This document shows positions 63,107 to 64,000 of a DNA stretch of 64,000 bases, piece after piece. Positions within the stretch are counted from its first letter, which is position 1. The number at the start of each line of letters is the position of its first letter. Origin of the DNA: Squalus acanthias (taxonomy: Eukaryota); NCBI GenBank assembly GCA_030390025.1, contig CM059432.1, forward strand, positions 94,676,001-94,740,000, written 5' to 3'. A program made the position numbers and the translations under genes. Below the pieces are notes generated by a model. It was not told the DNA's origin. It searched no databases and was given only the letters and a program-made list of their open reading frames with translations.

Positions 63107-64000
63107 TCAAAACTCTAATAAATTTGTCAAACACAATTTCCCTTTCATAAAACCATGTTGACTCTGCCTAATCATGTTATGATTTTCTAAGTGACTTGAT
63201 ACCACTGCCTTAACAATGGATTCCAGCATTTTCCCGATGACTGCTGTCAGGCTAACTGGCCTGTAGTTCCCTGTTTTTTCTAAAGCCGACAAATCCCCTG
63301 GACCTGATGGCCTACATCCTAGGGTTCTAAAAGAGGTGGCTGAAGAGATAGTGGATGCATTGGTTTTGATCTTTCAAAATTCCCTAGATTCTAGAATGGT
63401 CCTAGTGGATTGGAAGATAGCATATGTAACACTGCTATTCAAGAAAGGAGTGAGAGAGAAAACAGGGAACTATAGGCCAGTCAGCCTAACATCAGTCATT
63501 GGGAAAATGTTGGAATTCATTATTAAAGAAGTGGTAACAGGGCACTTAGAAAATGATAATATGATTAGGCAGAGTCAACATGGTTTTATGAAAGGGAAAT
63601 CGTGTTTAACAAATTTATTTGAGTTTTTTGAAGATGTAACTAGCAGGGTAGATAAAGGGGAACCAGTGGATGTAGTATATTTGGATTTCCAAAAGGCATT
63701 CGATAAGGTGCCACATAAAAGGTTATTACACAAGGTGAGGGCTCATGGGGTTGGGGGTAGTATAGTAGCATGGATAGAGGATTGGTTAATGGACAGAAAA
63801 CAGAGAGTAGGGATAAACGGATCTTTTTCAGGTTGGCAGGTTGTAACTAGCAGGGTGCCGCAAAGATCAGTGTTGGGGCCTCAGCTATTTACAATCTATA
63901 TTAATGACCGAGATGAAAGGACCAAGTGTAATGTATCCAAGTTTGCTGATGATACAAAGCTAGGTGGGACAGTAAGCTGTGAGGAGAACACAAAGAGCCT
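63107..64000. mobile_element. CR1 RT fragments: minus 63107-63280, plus 63281-64000
   Basis: NYRPVSLT..QHGFMKGK in both orientations; KFADDTK near the window end. Confidence 0.9.

Overview
Eukaryotic genomic DNA, most likely from a cartilaginous fish (shark or ray). This is inferred from the repeat set: HE1-type V-SINE, SacSINE1-type DeuSINE, HER1/CR1 LINEs and Penelope elements. The window is dominated by nested transposable elements. These include several CR1 LINEs (one apparently full length with an intact ORF1), L2, a Penelope element with a hammerhead ribozyme, a Tigger-like MITE and three LTRs. There is also a rich set of PIF/Harbinger elements: three transposase genes, four Myb/SANT partner genes or fragments, and eight MITEs. 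The only host-gene signal is the probable 5' end of an unidentified minus-strand gene at about 10.1-12.6 kb. The most notable observations are: a palindromic Harbinger target consensus (RANNY-NNN-RNNTY) with a free 3-bp TSD core; a fused two-transposase Harbinger composite; a tRNA-headed LINE lacking ORF1; a canonical-looking intron in a CR1 5' UTR; and two related 1.4-1.6 kb solo LTRs. Family names come from recalled consensus motifs, not database searches. Boundaries of old repeats are approximate.
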